From Candidatus Poribacteria bacterium (GTDB lineage: Bacteria > Poribacteria > WGA-4E > WGA-3G), in assembly GCA_965214095.1 (NCBI GenBank), contig OZ243938.1:3392001-3456000 (forward strand): DNA of 64,000 nucleotides. Direction: 5' to 3'. Of the stretch, positions 27,701 through 38,417 are shown piece by piece (position 1 is the first letter of the stretch; the number at the start of each line of letters is the position of its first letter). Under the pieces are notes generated by a model, which did no database searches, was not told the origin of the DNA, and saw nothing but the letters and a program-made list of their open reading frames with translations. Both the position numbers and the translations under genes were made by a program.

Positions 27701-27802
27701 ATTTGTCCTTTCTCATGAAGTTTGAAATGGTTGGTAGTATTGTTATTTTTTATATGATGTGAGATTGATAATTCGTTCTAAAATTATCAATCTCACGTTA
27801 GT

Positions 27803-28225
27803 TTAGTTATCCTTTGCTCCTGCATTGATCCAGTCTATAATCAGTTGAATTTGTTCTGCCTCCAAATAGGGACCGTCAGGTGGCATTTTACGTTTGACAA
27901 TTTCTTCAACAAGTTCGCTTTCCTGTGCATTTCCCACATGGAGTAAAGGACCGTGTTCTCCACCTTTTTGAAGGGTGTCATAAGTCCTGAGATCAACATC
28001 ATCCGGTCCATTAGCGACATGGCAACCCGAAAGAGCACAATGATTTGTGAGAATAGGTGATATATCGGTTTTGAAGGATGGAATAGGTCTGTTTGCTACA
28101 TCTGGACTGTCAAATGCGAGACCTAATTCAGTTGCATATTCATCAAACTTTTTGCCACACCCAGTGATGTAAAATATAAGACCAAAAAATGAAAGAAAAA
28201 GTATTGTACGCTTTATTGATAACAT
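27803..28225 (-). CDS. Lipoprotein with one planctomycete-type cytochrome c domain (CX4CH)
   Basis: Lipobox ITGC; CALSGCH, KMPP and WINAGAKDN. Confidence 0.82.
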   Translation of the reverse strand: MLSIKRTILFLSFFGLIFYITGCGKKFDEYATELGLAFDSPDVANRPIPSFKTDISPILTNHCALSGCHVANGPDDVDLRTYDTLQKGGEHGPLLHVGNAQESELVEEIVKRKMPPDGPYLEAEQIQLIIDWINAGAKDN

Positions 28226-28383
28226 AATAATTACCTCATTTCAAAAATGAAAATAGAAGATAATCAGTCATAGATTTCTCATCTTTGAAGTACACACACA
28301 TATATTGCAATACTTGTGCCAATTCTTATAGTAAAAACCATAATTATTTACACACTACGGTAGGTTCGGTTAGGAAACCGCAT

Positions 28384-28555
28384 CATAAGCGTCAATTTAG
28401 CGTCCTTCCAAGTACCGGTAGGTTCGGTTTCCTAACCGAACCGGCTTTGTGCCAAATACCTTCATAGAGGTTCTCGCATAGGATCCGGTTCGGTTAGGAA
28501 ACCGAACCTACCTGCCTGGGGAAAACGCCTAATTTACACTAAATTGACGCCCATG
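28384..28555. mobile_element. Family B MITE with a perfect 20-bp direct repeat, nested in a REP inside another MITE
   Basis: TIR CATAAGCGTCAATTTAG / CTAAATTGACGCCCATG. GTTCGGTTAGGAAACCGCAT occurs at 28364-28383 and 28556-28575. Confidence 0.88.
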
Positions 28556-28748
28556 GTTCGGTTAGGAAACCGCATCTACCGGGAGTGTGCATGTATTTTT
28601 TGATTTCACAATAATATCAATAGATGTGTGGATCTTGATATGATTATCTTAATTGTTTTGTTCATAAAATGAACAGTGTGTATAGAAAATGGACAGCAAG
28701 CAAGTTCTATGTTCTATAAAATAAGTGATAAATGGATTTTACCATCAG

Positions 28749-29318
28749 CTAAAACTGAAGTAGAATTAATGGTGATGGTTTTATCTCTTGATAGGTTTGT
28801 TCTGTGACATTGTCAGCAAAGAACGGTGCATAGAATATGTCTGCCGTTTCCAAAAATTCAGACAGATTTATACCCATATAGTTCGCGTTTGCATCGCCAC
28901 ATTCAAGAACAACTTGGTGTAATTTATCGCGTCCTGCAGTGGAGAGTGTGCGTAATGGTCGCAGCATACGCATGTGGTATTTGATGAGTGATGCAGATAC
29001 TTGTATTAGTCCTTGAAGGAAGAGTCGGTAAGTATCCTCTGCTTGATGCCACAAACCTTCCCACGCTTCGTGTGCTTCCCACCAATATGAGAAGTTATAG
29101 AGATCAACGCCATATAAATATGCTTCGTTTTGTTGCCACATTTCAGGTGGAAGTGGGTTTTCGTTTTCTTCCTCTTCTATGCCGTAACTGTGTCCGAGTG
29201 GATCTCGAATTGGGTGTGGTGTGACTCCTGGGAGGTGTCGGTAGGGTGGGAATGGTTGTTGGGAACAGTATCTGTTCCAATTTTTGTTGAAGGGTTTGGG
29301 TTGTTTGTGTGTGTGCAT
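28749..29318 (-). CDS. DUF309 domain protein
   Basis: GVDLYNFSYWWEAHEAWEGLW...LQGLIQ. Confidence 0.85.
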   Translation of the reverse strand: MHTHKQPKPFNKNWNRYCSQQPFPPYRHLPGVTPHPIRDPLGHSYGIEEEENENPLPPEMWQQNEAYLYGVDLYNFSYWWEAHEAWEGLWHQAEDTYRLFLQGLIQVSASLIKYHMRMLRPLRTLSTAGRDKLHQVVLECGDANANYMGINLSEFLETADIFYAPFFADNVTEQTYQEIKPSPLILLQF

Positions 29319-29321
29319 TCG

Positions 29322-30680
29322 TTATCTGCCGACTCCTATGTAATAGAAGCCTGCGTCAGTTGCCTCTTGTGGTGAGAAAACGTTGCGTCCATCAATGAGG
29401 ATTGGTGTTTTCATGTGTTTTGCAAGTTTGCGTAGATCCAGTCTATGATATTGTTCCCATTCAGTGACAAGGAGAAGCGCGTCTGCATTGTGTGAGAGTT
29501 GGTGAACATCTTCAATGTAGTCTATATTGATGTCACTTAGGGTTTGCTTTGTATTTGGTATTGCAATGGGGTCATGTGCGCGGATGTTTGCACCTTCTGC
29601 AACGAGATGGCGGATTATGTCAAGTGCGGGTGCTTCTCGGATGTCGTCTGTATTTGGCTTAAAGGCAAGTCCGAGGATTCCGATAGTTTTGCCGTTAAGT
29701 GTTTTTAGCACGGTTTTCAGTTTTTGGACGATGCGTTTTCGTTGTTCAAAATTGACTGTGCGTGCAGCTTCAGTGATTGGCATTTGGTATCCTGCTTGTG
29801 CGGCGACACGTAATAGGGCTGCAGTATCTTTTGGATAGCAGCTGCCACCCCACCCGAGACCTGCACGGAGGAATCTGGGTCCGATACGGGTGTCAAGACC
29901 GATGCCGCGTGCCACTTCTGTTACATCGGCACCGACTTCTTCACAGAGTCCTGCGATTTCGTTTATGAAGCTGATTTTGAGTGCCAGAAAGGTGTTGGCG
30001 GCATATTTTATCATTTCAGCACTGTTCGGGTCTGTTGTCATCATCGGTGGGAGGTGGTAAGAGGGTGGACGTGACAACATAGTGGGTGGATCGAATGTCT
30101 GCTCCAGAATGGGTTGATAGAGTCTGCGTAATGCGTCTAATGCATCATTGTTGTTTGCTCCGACAACTATTCTATCCGGATAGAATGCTCCTTGAAGTGC
30201 TAAACCTTCCTGTAAAAACTCTGGATTTGAAGCGATAGATATATTCCCTTGGATTTTGCGTTCTGCAAACACATCTTCAACGACTTCTGCGACACGTTTG
30301 TTTGTGCCAATTGGGACGGTGGATTTGATGACAAGTGTATAGTGTCTATTCGGTAGGCATACTTGTGCCACTTCTCTTGCAGCTTGTTCAACGTGTCGTG
30401 TATCTGCTTCTCCATCAATTTTTGGTGGTGTGCCAACAGCGATCATGATCAGTTCTGCATCTGGAACGACTTCAGTAACGGTCGGTGTGAAACGGATGGT
30501 ATGCCCCACTTCGTCAAGAAGCGATTGTATGCCGGGTTCATGGATAGGACTTTTGCCTTCTTGTAAGAGAGTTAACTTTGTGTTGTCTTTGTCCACAGCA
30601 GAAACATTGTGGTTTAGATAGGCAAGCACCACGGCGGTTGTTAGTCCTACGTATCCTGTTCCGATGATTGTTATTTTCAT
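29322..30680 (-). CDS. ugd: UDP-glucose 6-dehydrogenase
   Basis: GTGYVG, AVGTP, KSTVPIGT, NPEFLQEG, GWGGSCYPKD and FKPNTDDIRE. Confidence 0.92.
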   Translation of the reverse strand: MKITIIGTGYVGLTTAVVLAYLNHNVSAVDKDNTKLTLLQEGKSPIHEPGIQSLLDEVGHTIRFTPTVTEVVPDAELIMIAVGTPPKIDGEADTRHVEQAAREVAQVCLPNRHYTLVIKSTVPIGTNKRVAEVVEDVFAERKIQGNISIASNPEFLQEGLALQGAFYPDRIVVGANNNDALDALRRLYQPILEQTFDPPTMLSRPPSYHLPPMMTTDPNSAEMIKYAANTFLALKISFINEIAGLCEEVGADVTEVARGIGLDTRIGPRFLRAGLGWGGSCYPKDTAALLRVAAQAGYQMPITEAARTVNFEQRKRIVQKLKTVLKTLNGKTIGILGLAFKPNTDDIREAPALDIIRHLVAEGANIRAHDPIAIPNTKQTLSDINIDYIEDVHQLSHNADALLLVTEWEQYHRLDLRKLAKHMKTPILIDGRNVFSPQEATDAGFYYIGVGR

Positions 30681-30787
30681 ATATTCCTCAAGTGAAAATT
30701 TCTCGGTGATGTCGGGGTAATTTATATACGGTTTGAAATTGTATGTCAATTATATCATATAAAGAGTCTTTTTTGAAGTTGCATGTT

Positions 30788-30979
30788 CAGGGTTATTTAG
30801 TTTTAATAATTTTCAATCGATGAACGTTACTAAGAGTTTATATCGTAGGTCGGGTAGAGCGTTAGCGAAACCCGACACGTTCAATGCTTGTTGGGTTTCG
30901 CTAACGCTCTACCCGACCTACAGATGTTATATTGAAATGTGAAAAATATAGCAGAAAAACCGAAAACTAAATAACCCTG
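30788..30979. mobile_element. ISAs1-like MITE carrying a REP doublet
   Basis: 17-bp perfect TIR CAGGGTTATTTAGTTTT; 9-bp flanks TTGCATGTT/TTGTATGTT; internal GTAGGTCGGGTAGAGCG doublet. Confidence 0.85.
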
Positions 30980-31127
30980 TTGTATGTTCTTTTTGATTAA
31001 AGTGATGTTGAATGGATCTTCGTCCGTACAGAGAATCATTTGAAATCTGTGCTGAATTTCTGTATAATTTGATAGACTTAATATACATAATTCATAAATA
31101 TAAACATTGAACTTGGAGGTGTTTATC

Positions 31128-31825
31128 GTGTTATTTGGTTGGATAGACCCGATGTATTTCGTCTATATTGGTCCTGGACTTATCTTATCACTGTATGCGA
31201 CATGGAAGACGAAATCCACATTTTCTAAATATTCAAAAGTCGGTTCACGGAATCGTATGACCGGTGCACAAGCGGCTGCACAGATGCTGCAAAGAAACGG
31301 AATTAGTAATGTCAAAATAGAACATACGGGTGGGTGGTTGAGTGATCATTATGACCCGAGACATAAGGTGCTTCGGTTGTCAACGATGTGTATTCGAGCC
31401 ATTCGTTGTCTGCGATTGGGGTTGCATGTCATGAAGCGGGACATGCGATGCAAGATGCACAGGGGTATGCTATGCTGAACCTCCGTAGTGCGCTTGTCCC
31501 TGCGACTAATATTAGTTCGTATTTATCCTATTTTATTATTATAGGTGGAGTTCTTTTCCAATTTAGACCGTTGATGTTAGTGGGAATAGCGTTGTTCTCT
31601 GTTGGGGTGGTGTTTTCGTTGGTGACGCTACCGGTGGAATGGGATGCGAGTCGACGCGCGAGAGTTGCGATGGACGAAGCGGGTATGCTTTCACCGGATG
31701 AGAGTCGGCATGCGAGTAAAGTGCTGAATGCTGCATTTTTGACGTATATGGCTGCAGCCTTAACAAGTTTACTCACACTTCTTTACTATCTGACGCGTTT
31801 TGGTCTTTTGGGTGGGGATGATTAG
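31128..31825 (+). pseudogene. YugP-like neutral zinc metallopeptidase, frameshifted near 31383
   Basis: LSDHYDP...LRLS in one frame, then HEAGHA...VTLPVEWDAS in another. One missing base in TCAACGATG explains the break; this may be a sequencing error. Confidence 0.8.
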
Positions 31826-31872
31826 TATGATGTGTATGGCGCGGATGGGACCGCGCCAATTTGAACTAACGT

Positions 31873-32301
31873 TCAACCTTTGCTTTCTATGTCAACACCA
31901 GGCCATTGATCGTTGCGTTCTGTAATGTCAACGACGATGCCATCTGGGTCTTCAACTTTGAAAGCGATAGATGGCAAGTCCTCGGATTTAGCATCGTAAG
32001 GATTGGTGCCATCTAAACCTTCCCATGTGATTTCAAAGCCGAGGTTTTCACATCGTTTTGCTGCTTCTCGTAGATTTGGTACACGGACACCGATATGCAA
32101 ATAGTCTAACATGCCGCCGATATGTTTGGGACGGTCAGGACCGTTGTGTTGGAATACACGAAAGTTGTGATAACCGTCGGTTAGATCGTAACAACCGTTC
32201 TTCGTTGATGCGACTGTTAAACCGAGTGCATCGCGCCAGAAACGGATGCTTTTTTCTAAGTTAGTTGTGCGGACACCTATATGTACAAGTGTTGTTGCCA
32301 T
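31873..32301 (-). CDS. VOC/glyoxalase family protein
   Basis: HIGVRTTNLEKSIRFW...HIGVRV...DPDGIVV. Confidence 0.85.
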   Translation of the reverse strand: MATTLVHIGVRTTNLEKSIRFWRDALGLTVASTKNGCYDLTDGYHNFRVFQHNGPDRPKHIGGMLDYLHIGVRVPNLREAAKRCENLGFEITWEGLDGTNPYDAKSEDLPSIAFKVEDPDGIVVDITERNDQWPGVDIESKG

Positions 32302-32355
32302 GAGAGAATCTCCCTTTCGTTAATCTATTTTGAAATTAACTATACACTTTGCATT

Positions 32356-32551
32356 TAGAAAAACGCGTTTGTAGTCGCGCAATTCATTGCGCCTCTTACA
32401 TTATATGAATAAGCAATTGGGACAATATGTTTCAATAATTGTAAGGTTTACTATAGAAAAACGCGTTTGTAGTCGCGCAATTCATTGCGCCTCGGACATT
32501 ATATGAATAAGCAATTGGGACAATATGTTTCATTAATTGTCCGTTTTACCA
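32356..32551. repeat. 98-bp tandem duplication, each unit with a GTAGTCGCGCAATTCATTGCGC REP
   Basis: Units start at 32356 and 32454. The same REP family occurs at about 14420, 21407, 26667 and 33518. Confidence 0.85.
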
Positions 32552-32633
32552 TAAATTAGTTTGATTGAATGTTTTCTGCTTTGCCATTCATGCAAGGCAC
32601 GGAGACCTTGCGCTACAATCATAAAATTGTGCA

Positions 32634-33425
32634 TCAGACCCATACTTCTGGTTCTCGGTCTTCAGCGCGGTGTTCAAAAAGTAGTTTGACATCATCTGGA
32701 AACTTATCAAATGTTTCACCCGGTATTGTTGCGGTATTGACACCGAAGAGTTCAAGGTTTAACCACCACGGCGCATATCGAACAACAACTGCTGTGCGCC
32801 TACCGTCACTGGGATTTTCTGCATTGGAATGCCAGATTCGGCTATCCATAATCAGGACACTACCTGCACTACCAACGGCTTGCATTTCGCCTTCAATGGG
32901 ATTGCGGTCACCGATTCCATCCTCTTTACCGCGTGGATTTCGGAGGTCAACGTGCGACTTTGGAACGATCCATGTGCCACCGTTTTCAGTTGTGAAATCT
33001 GTAAGCATCCAGAGTGTAGTGATACCGATAACAGCGGATGGAAAAGGTTGTGTGATGTGCCATTTCTGATTTAGGTCGTAAGGAAAATCGGAGTGATATG
33101 CACGCACCAGATTGTAATGTGGTGGACGGGTCTTATACTCTGCTTGGGAAATACGCACTTGCGGTCCTAATAATTCACGTAGGACAGCAAGGAGACGTTC
33201 ATTCGCGAGATGTTCAGCAAAATGTGGCATAAAACTAATGACATTGCGTGCCCATCTGCCGTTATCTTTGCTGAATTGACCGTAGTCTGATTCTGAGGTC
33301 TCTACCTCTTGGCGGACTGAATCAACAACGTTGGTGGGGATAACATCTTCTAAAACACACCATCCTTCTTCACGCACTTGTGTGACATAAGGATTGATAG
33401 TTTCCGATAGGTTTTCTGTAGACAT
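32634..33425 (-). CDS. Phytanoyl-CoA dioxygenase (PhyH) family protein
   Basis: YHSD, DFTTENGGT...PKSH, GSVLIMDSRIWH...N...R. Confidence 0.9.
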   Translation of the reverse strand: MSTENLSETINPYVTQVREEGWCVLEDVIPTNVVDSVRQEVETSESDYGQFSKDNGRWARNVISFMPHFAEHLANERLLAVLRELLGPQVRISQAEYKTRPPHYNLVRAYHSDFPYDLNQKWHITQPFPSAVIGITTLWMLTDFTTENGGTWIVPKSHVDLRNPRGKEDGIGDRNPIEGEMQAVGSAGSVLIMDSRIWHSNAENPSDGRRTAVVVRYAPWWLNLELFGVNTATIPGETFDKFPDDVKLLFEHRAEDREPEVWV

Positions 33426-33550
33426 TCTACTTCTCCTTTTGTATGTTCATATTTAGAAGGAAAATAAGCATGATACGAATTCTATAGAAATGAATTCCTT
33501 ATTGAATTAGAATGTAAGTGGCGCAATAAATTGCGCCACTACGAACCGTC

Positions 33551-33788
33551 TAGTGGAGTGTCTACACTAAAATTACGGGTATATGATTTGGAAGAGGGCG
33601 AGGTGACCTCGCCTCTACGATCCATATTACCCTTAAAATAAAGGTAGACAAACCACTACTGGAGTGTCCATTCGGACATTGTAGGTCGGGTAGAGGAACG
33701 ACACCCGACTTTATTGATGGTAAATGGCTGCATGTCGGGTTTCGTGCCTCTACCCGACCTACAAGATTCGTGTAGACAGAACAATAGT
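33551..33788. mobile_element. Two adjacent related MITEs with REP cargo
   Basis: TAGTGGAGTGTCTAC...GTAGACAAACCACTA (33551-33658), followed by a GTAGGTCGGG REP doublet whose right part matches 14680-14770. Confidence 0.65.
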
Positions 33789-33806
33789 ATAATATGACAT
33801 CTACAA

Positions 33807-34190
33807 TTAGTTACGTTCTTTGTTATGTCGGATTGCTACCTTTATGAGCGGTGTGAGACGCATGATTTTACCGAGTGAACCTGCGATGCCGATCTCTCGT
33901 GTTGTGATCGCGCCCATCACATTGAGTTCACCTGTCCAAAATTTGTGTGCGACATCTCCTGTCATGGAGAGTTCTACATCGGGGGTGACATCAACGGAAA
34001 TATCTTGAGAAATAGTATATTCACCGTTTGCTGCAGTTAACGTTATCACACAGTCGGGCATAGTATAATGAAATCTTACACACAAAGTTAGTGTTTTTAG
34101 TGCTTCCTGTGCTTCTGGTAACGTAGCAATTTCTTCAAAAAGTTCACTGATATAACTATAAAGTTGGTCTGAAGTTTCAAATATAGGCAT
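33807..34190 (-). CDS. SCP2 sterol-binding domain protein
   Basis: PDVELSMTGDVAHKFWTGELNVMGAITTREIGIAG. Confidence 0.75.
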   Translation of the reverse strand: MPIFETSDQLYSYISELFEEIATLPEAQEALKTLTLCVRFHYTMPDCVITLTAANGEYTISQDISVDVTPDVELSMTGDVAHKFWTGELNVMGAITTREIGIAGSLGKIMRLTPLIKVAIRHNKERN

Positions 34191-34238
34191 AGTTTGCGGT
34201 ATAGCATAACTTATAACACAATAGAGGTCAAATAAAAA

Positions 34239-34829
34239 ATGATGAAGTCACCACTTGAAAGGCTATCAAGTATTATTGATAAGGTAGATCCAGCAATAAA
34301 GACAGCGGTTAGAAAAGAAGTTCAACAATTAATTGGACAGACTAATTATCTGTACGAATCACCAGTTGGTTTTATAGACATAGTTCAGGTAGAAGAACAT
34401 ATTTCACGTATATCATTCTGTGACGATTCTACGTTTTTTGAGCCATCATTGACAGCAGAAACCGATTTACTGAAACAGGTAAGTAATAAATTGGATGCGT
34501 ATTTTGCTGGTGAGTCGGTGGATTTCAGAGAGATTCCAGTTGAGATAGAAAGTGGAACAGAGTTTCAGAATTCTGTATGGGATACTATCCATCAAATTCC
34601 GTACGGTGAGGTGCGAAGCTACAAATGGATAGCGGAGGAAATCGGTAGACCAAAGGCTGTGCGTGCTGTAGGCAATGCCACTGGCAGCAATCCTATTACG
34701 ATCATAAATCCGTGTCATCGTGTAGTGGGTAGCAACGGTAAGTTAGGTGGTTATGGTGGTGGACTTGAACGAAAACGTCAATTGCTTAAACTTGAGGGAT
34801 ACATAGTTGAGGGGTTAAGTGGAAAATAA
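34239..34829 (+). CDS. ogt: Methylated-DNA-protein-cysteine methyltransferase
   Basis: GTEFQ..VW...IPYG..RSY, RAVG, PCHRV and GYGGG. Confidence 0.92.
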   Translation: MMKSPLERLSSIIDKVDPAIKTAVRKEVQQLIGQTNYLYESPVGFIDIVQVEEHISRISFCDDSTFFEPSLTAETDLLKQVSNKLDAYFAGESVDFREIPVEIESGTEFQNSVWDTIHQIPYGEVRSYKWIAEEIGRPKAVRAVGNATGSNPITIINPCHRVVGSNGKLGGYGGGLERKRQLLKLEGYIVEGLSGK

Positions 34830-36045
34830 AAAGTATAAAGGAAAATCAACAGAGGCGATACATGCAGGGGAGACGTTGTCAACGGATCCTGTGGACGCGC
34901 ATGATCATCAGTCTGGAAAAACAGGTGTTCCGTTGCTTCCACCGATTTATCAAAATAGCACGTTTCAATTCCGATCAGCATCTGAATGTGCGTCTGCTTT
35001 TGATGATGAGGAGAGCGGTTATATCTATACGCGATGGGGAAATCCGACACAGAAGGCGTTGGAACAGAAAATCGCAGCACTTGAGGGTGGAGAAGCCGCA
35101 TTAGCAACTGCATCAGGTATGGGGGCAATTAGCACTGCCCTACTCACTGCTTTAGCAGATGGTGGTCATGTTGTGGCAATGGAAAATCTTTATTCTGCTA
35201 CGTTCCATCTGCTCAACGAAGATCTGACACAGATGGGTGTTGAAACGACTTTTGTGGATGCTACGGATTTAGATAAGATTGAAAGTGCGATTCGTCCAGA
35301 TACAAAGATCATCTATCTTGAAAGTCCGACGAATCCGTTGCTGAAGCTTGTTGACCTTGCTGCTTGTGCTGAAATTGCAAAGGCACACAATATTACGACA
35401 ATCATTGATAATACATTTGCAACACCTTGTGGACAGCAACCGATTGCACTCGGTATTGACATAGTGCTGCATAGCATGACAAAATACTTGAGTGGAAACG
35501 GGGCAGTGATTGCTGGCGTGATTGTTGGAGAGAAGTCATTTATTGAACGCGCACAAAAGGGTGCCTTACGTAACTTTGGTGCGGTAATCAGTCCGTTCAA
35601 TGCGTGGTTAACCTTACTCGGTATACCGACTTTACCGTTACGGTTTGAAAAGCACTGTGAGAATGCGTTATGCGTCGCAGCGTATCTTGAGGAACATCCT
35701 GCGGTTGCATGGGTTCGTTATCCGGGGTTACCGAGTCATCCGCAGCATGCCCTTGCGGAAGGTCAAATGAACGGTTTTGGCGGTATGATTACGATGGAAC
35801 TCAAAGGTGGACGTGCAGCAGGTGAAAAGTTGGTGAACCGACTGCAGATCTGTTCGTTGGCGGTGAGTTTAGGTGATGTGCGTACTTTGGTCTGTCATCC
35901 TGCATCAACGACACATTTGCTTGTGCCGGTTGAAGTTCGTCAACAGACTGGCATTACAGACGGGTTGGTTAGGTTTTCAATAGGTTTGGAGGATGTTGAG
36001 GATATTATTTCGGATCTTGAGCAGGCGTTGGGGACGCTGTTGTAA
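34819..36045 (+). CDS. PLP-dependent Cys/Met metabolism enzyme (methionine gamma-lyase-like)
   Basis: YTRWGNPT, ASGMGAI, ESPTNP, DNTF, HSMTKYL, AVSLGD and RFSIGLE. Confidence 0.88.
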   Translation: MENKKYKGKSTEAIHAGETLSTDPVDAHDHQSGKTGVPLLPPIYQNSTFQFRSASECASAFDDEESGYIYTRWGNPTQKALEQKIAALEGGEAALATASGMGAISTALLTALADGGHVVAMENLYSATFHLLNEDLTQMGVETTFVDATDLDKIESAIRPDTKIIYLESPTNPLLKLVDLAACAEIAKAHNITTIIDNTFATPCGQQPIALGIDIVLHSMTKYLSGNGAVIAGVIVGEKSFIERAQKGALRNFGAVISPFNAWLTLLGIPTLPLRFEKHCENALCVAAYLEEHPAVAWVRYPGLPSHPQHALAEGQMNGFGGMITMELKGGRAAGEKLVNRLQICSLAVSLGDVRTLVCHPASTTHLLVPVEVRQQTGITDGLVRFSIGLEDVEDIISDLEQALGTLL

Positions 36046-36164
36046 TTGGTGAGCCTTACAGAATATCCACAAAATAGTTTAACCTTACTCTTCTCAGGAA
36101 TCCTACTTCGTTGCATCGGCGAGGTTAAGAAACCTCGCCTACCGTTTATGAGAAGTTCTCCACA

Positions 36165-37496
36165 TTAATTTTCATTGAAAGTTTCCGTCCTTAGTTTGTT
36201 GACAAAGTTCTCTGTGATTCTGCGTGAGGGGTGTGACACATTTTGATGCGGTTCAGGAAAATCTGTGATTAGCTTTTCATAAGCTTCTGCTGCTTTTTCC
36301 ATATTTTCCATACTTTCATATATCTCACCGATTTGGTATTGTGCGGAAAGGCGATGGTCATAAGTATGGTTTGGATCATCTGCAAATGCCTGGAAGATTT
36401 CAATGGCGCGGTCAGTATTATCGTTTGCGTATGCTAATTGCCCGATGTAATACTTGGCATTAATTGTGTTTTCGTTATCTGGGTAATTTTCTATAGCGAA
36501 TTCAAGTCGTGAGATTGCTTCACCATATTCTTTCGTTTTCTCAAGAGCCCATCCGATGTAGAAATGTGCATCCTTGCCGACCTGTGTATCGGGAAATAAG
36601 TCAATGACGTTTTGGTATCCGGTAATTGCTTGTTTATATTTCGCTTCTGCATCCTCATATTTTGATTTCGCTTCCTCGGTTTTACCCTCGACTTCTTTTA
36701 GTTGTGCTTCTGCTTCAATTGCTTGCCCTTCTCCAAAGTATGCTTGTGACAAGCGGAAATTTGCAATCGGTGCATGCTCTGTGTCACCAGAATCTACAAC
36801 ATTCCTGAATTCAATTTGTGCGTTCTCATAGTCCTTCTGTTCAAGGTATATGTTTCCGAGTGTGAACATAATCCGATATATAATCGGATGGCTGCGGAGT
36901 TCCAATTTGAGACTGTCAAGTTGACTTAGGGCAATGTTTACATCGCCTCTACCGTAGTAGCACATTGCAGCGGATAATTGTGCTTCTTCTTGAAGGATAC
37001 TGCCCGGATACGTTGCGATGAGTTGATTGAAGAGGGAGAGCGCTCTGTCATAGTATGCTGTGCGAGATTCAAGCGTGCCTGTTTTCCCTAATTCCTCTGC
37101 AATCCGATAGGTGGTTATGGCTATCGCATACATAGCATCATCTGTATACTCACTGTCGGGATAGTCACGTATTAATCGTCTAAAGAGCGCGAATCCTTCC
37201 TCATCAGTGCGTGGGAGGCGTGATGCTAACTGGTAAATTGCATCATCAGCCCAACGTGAATCGGGATAATTATCAAACACTTCTCGGTATGCTGCTCGGA
37301 CTTTTCGCAGTTTATTTTTATCGGGTTCATCAAATGATATCGGTGGACTGTCCAACTGTTGTGCTTCTATCCACGCTTTATCGGCATTTTCTAAATAGTG
37401 TGAATAATCGTTATAGGGTGTGGTGATTCTACCAAGCCAAAAACCGACAGCGAGGGCAATAACGATACATATTTCAATGACTATAAATTTTTTCAT
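36165..37496 (-). CDS. Membrane-anchored TPR protein (BamD/CpoB-like repeats)
   Basis: RBS AGGAG, N-terminal TM and repeated YPDS..ADDA TPR_6-like units. Confidence 0.82.
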   Translation of the reverse strand: MKKFIVIEICIVIALAVGFWLGRITTPYNDYSHYLENADKAWIEAQQLDSPPISFDEPDKNKLRKVRAAYREVFDNYPDSRWADDAIYQLASRLPRTDEEGFALFRRLIRDYPDSEYTDDAMYAIAITTYRIAEELGKTGTLESRTAYYDRALSLFNQLIATYPGSILQEEAQLSAAMCYYGRGDVNIALSQLDSLKLELRSHPIIYRIMFTLGNIYLEQKDYENAQIEFRNVVDSGDTEHAPIANFRLSQAYFGEGQAIEAEAQLKEVEGKTEEAKSKYEDAEAKYKQAITGYQNVIDLFPDTQVGKDAHFYIGWALEKTKEYGEAISRLEFAIENYPDNENTINAKYYIGQLAYANDNTDRAIEIFQAFADDPNHTYDHRLSAQYQIGEIYESMENMEKAAEAYEKLITDFPEPHQNVSHPSRRITENFVNKLRTETFNEN

Positions 37497-37649
37497 CAAT
37501 ATCTCCTTTTGGTCTTTCAAATACGGTGTAATAGTATGAATTTTAGCAATACTTTGTAAACATGTCAAGGGTGTATGCGGGTTATGTAGGGTTATTCAGT
37601 TTTCGGCTTTTCTTGTGTTTTTTTCACAAATGCTAAATGCCTCAAGCCG

Positions 37650-37744
37650 GTAGGTGCGGTTTCCTAACCGCACCGAATTTGTGCTAAAACCTTTCACAGT
37701 CAGTATTCTTGTAGGTTCCAGTGCGGTTAGGAAACCGCACCTAC
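37650..37744. repeat. REP doublet, GTAGGTGCGGTTTCCTAACCGCACC family
   Basis: Inverted pair. Variants occur at 15152, 25028, 28418, 36118 and 48665. Confidence 0.8.
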
Positions 37745-38039
37745 CGTGGGTGTCAACTTATATTTATAATTCACTATAAGATTATCACCTAATTGGAATT
37801 TGACATACTATTCTCTTCCAAAGTATAAGCAATTTCTATGCCATTGAAATACCTCTAACATACTGAATTTGTGTGTCATCTATAGCAGGTGGTTGCACAT
37901 AAATGTGCATGTTTTGTTTGATATTGCACATTATGGTGCAATTTTCAAGTTTGTACACACCGTCTGTGTCTCTACTAATTTCAATGACAAATTTACTCAG
38001 AAATGCTATACTTGTTACAATATATTGGACACAATTAGA

Positions 38040-38270
38040 TGAGGGGTGTGCATAAATAAATTTGATTCTAAGCTTATATCGTAGGTCGGGTAGAACGCAG
38101 TGAAACCCGACACAATCGTATCCAGTCTTGCATGTCGGGTTTCGCAAGCTCTACCCGACCTACAAAATCTTGTCCTTTTTGCACTAAGAATGGTGTCCAT
38201 CCACATGAAGAAGTTTGTGACGTGTGTCACCATCTATGTTGATCCACCGATTATTTATGCACACCCCTCA
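38040..38270. mobile_element. MITE with a 20-bp perfect TIR carrying a REP doublet
   Basis: TGAGGGGTGTGCATAAATAA / TTATTTATGCACACCCCTCA; internal GTAGGTCGGG...CCCGACCTAC. Confidence 0.82.
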
Positions 38271-38417
38271 AAACACCTGTCGTCCTCTGGGACTGATGTT
38301 TGATACGATGCAATGTATTATTTCGGTTATGCTGTAGACTGAATGACGCGTATATATACTCATTCTGCAATCCCATCCAAATCAATGCCACATGCTCTTG
38401 GCAGAAGGTGAAGAGAG

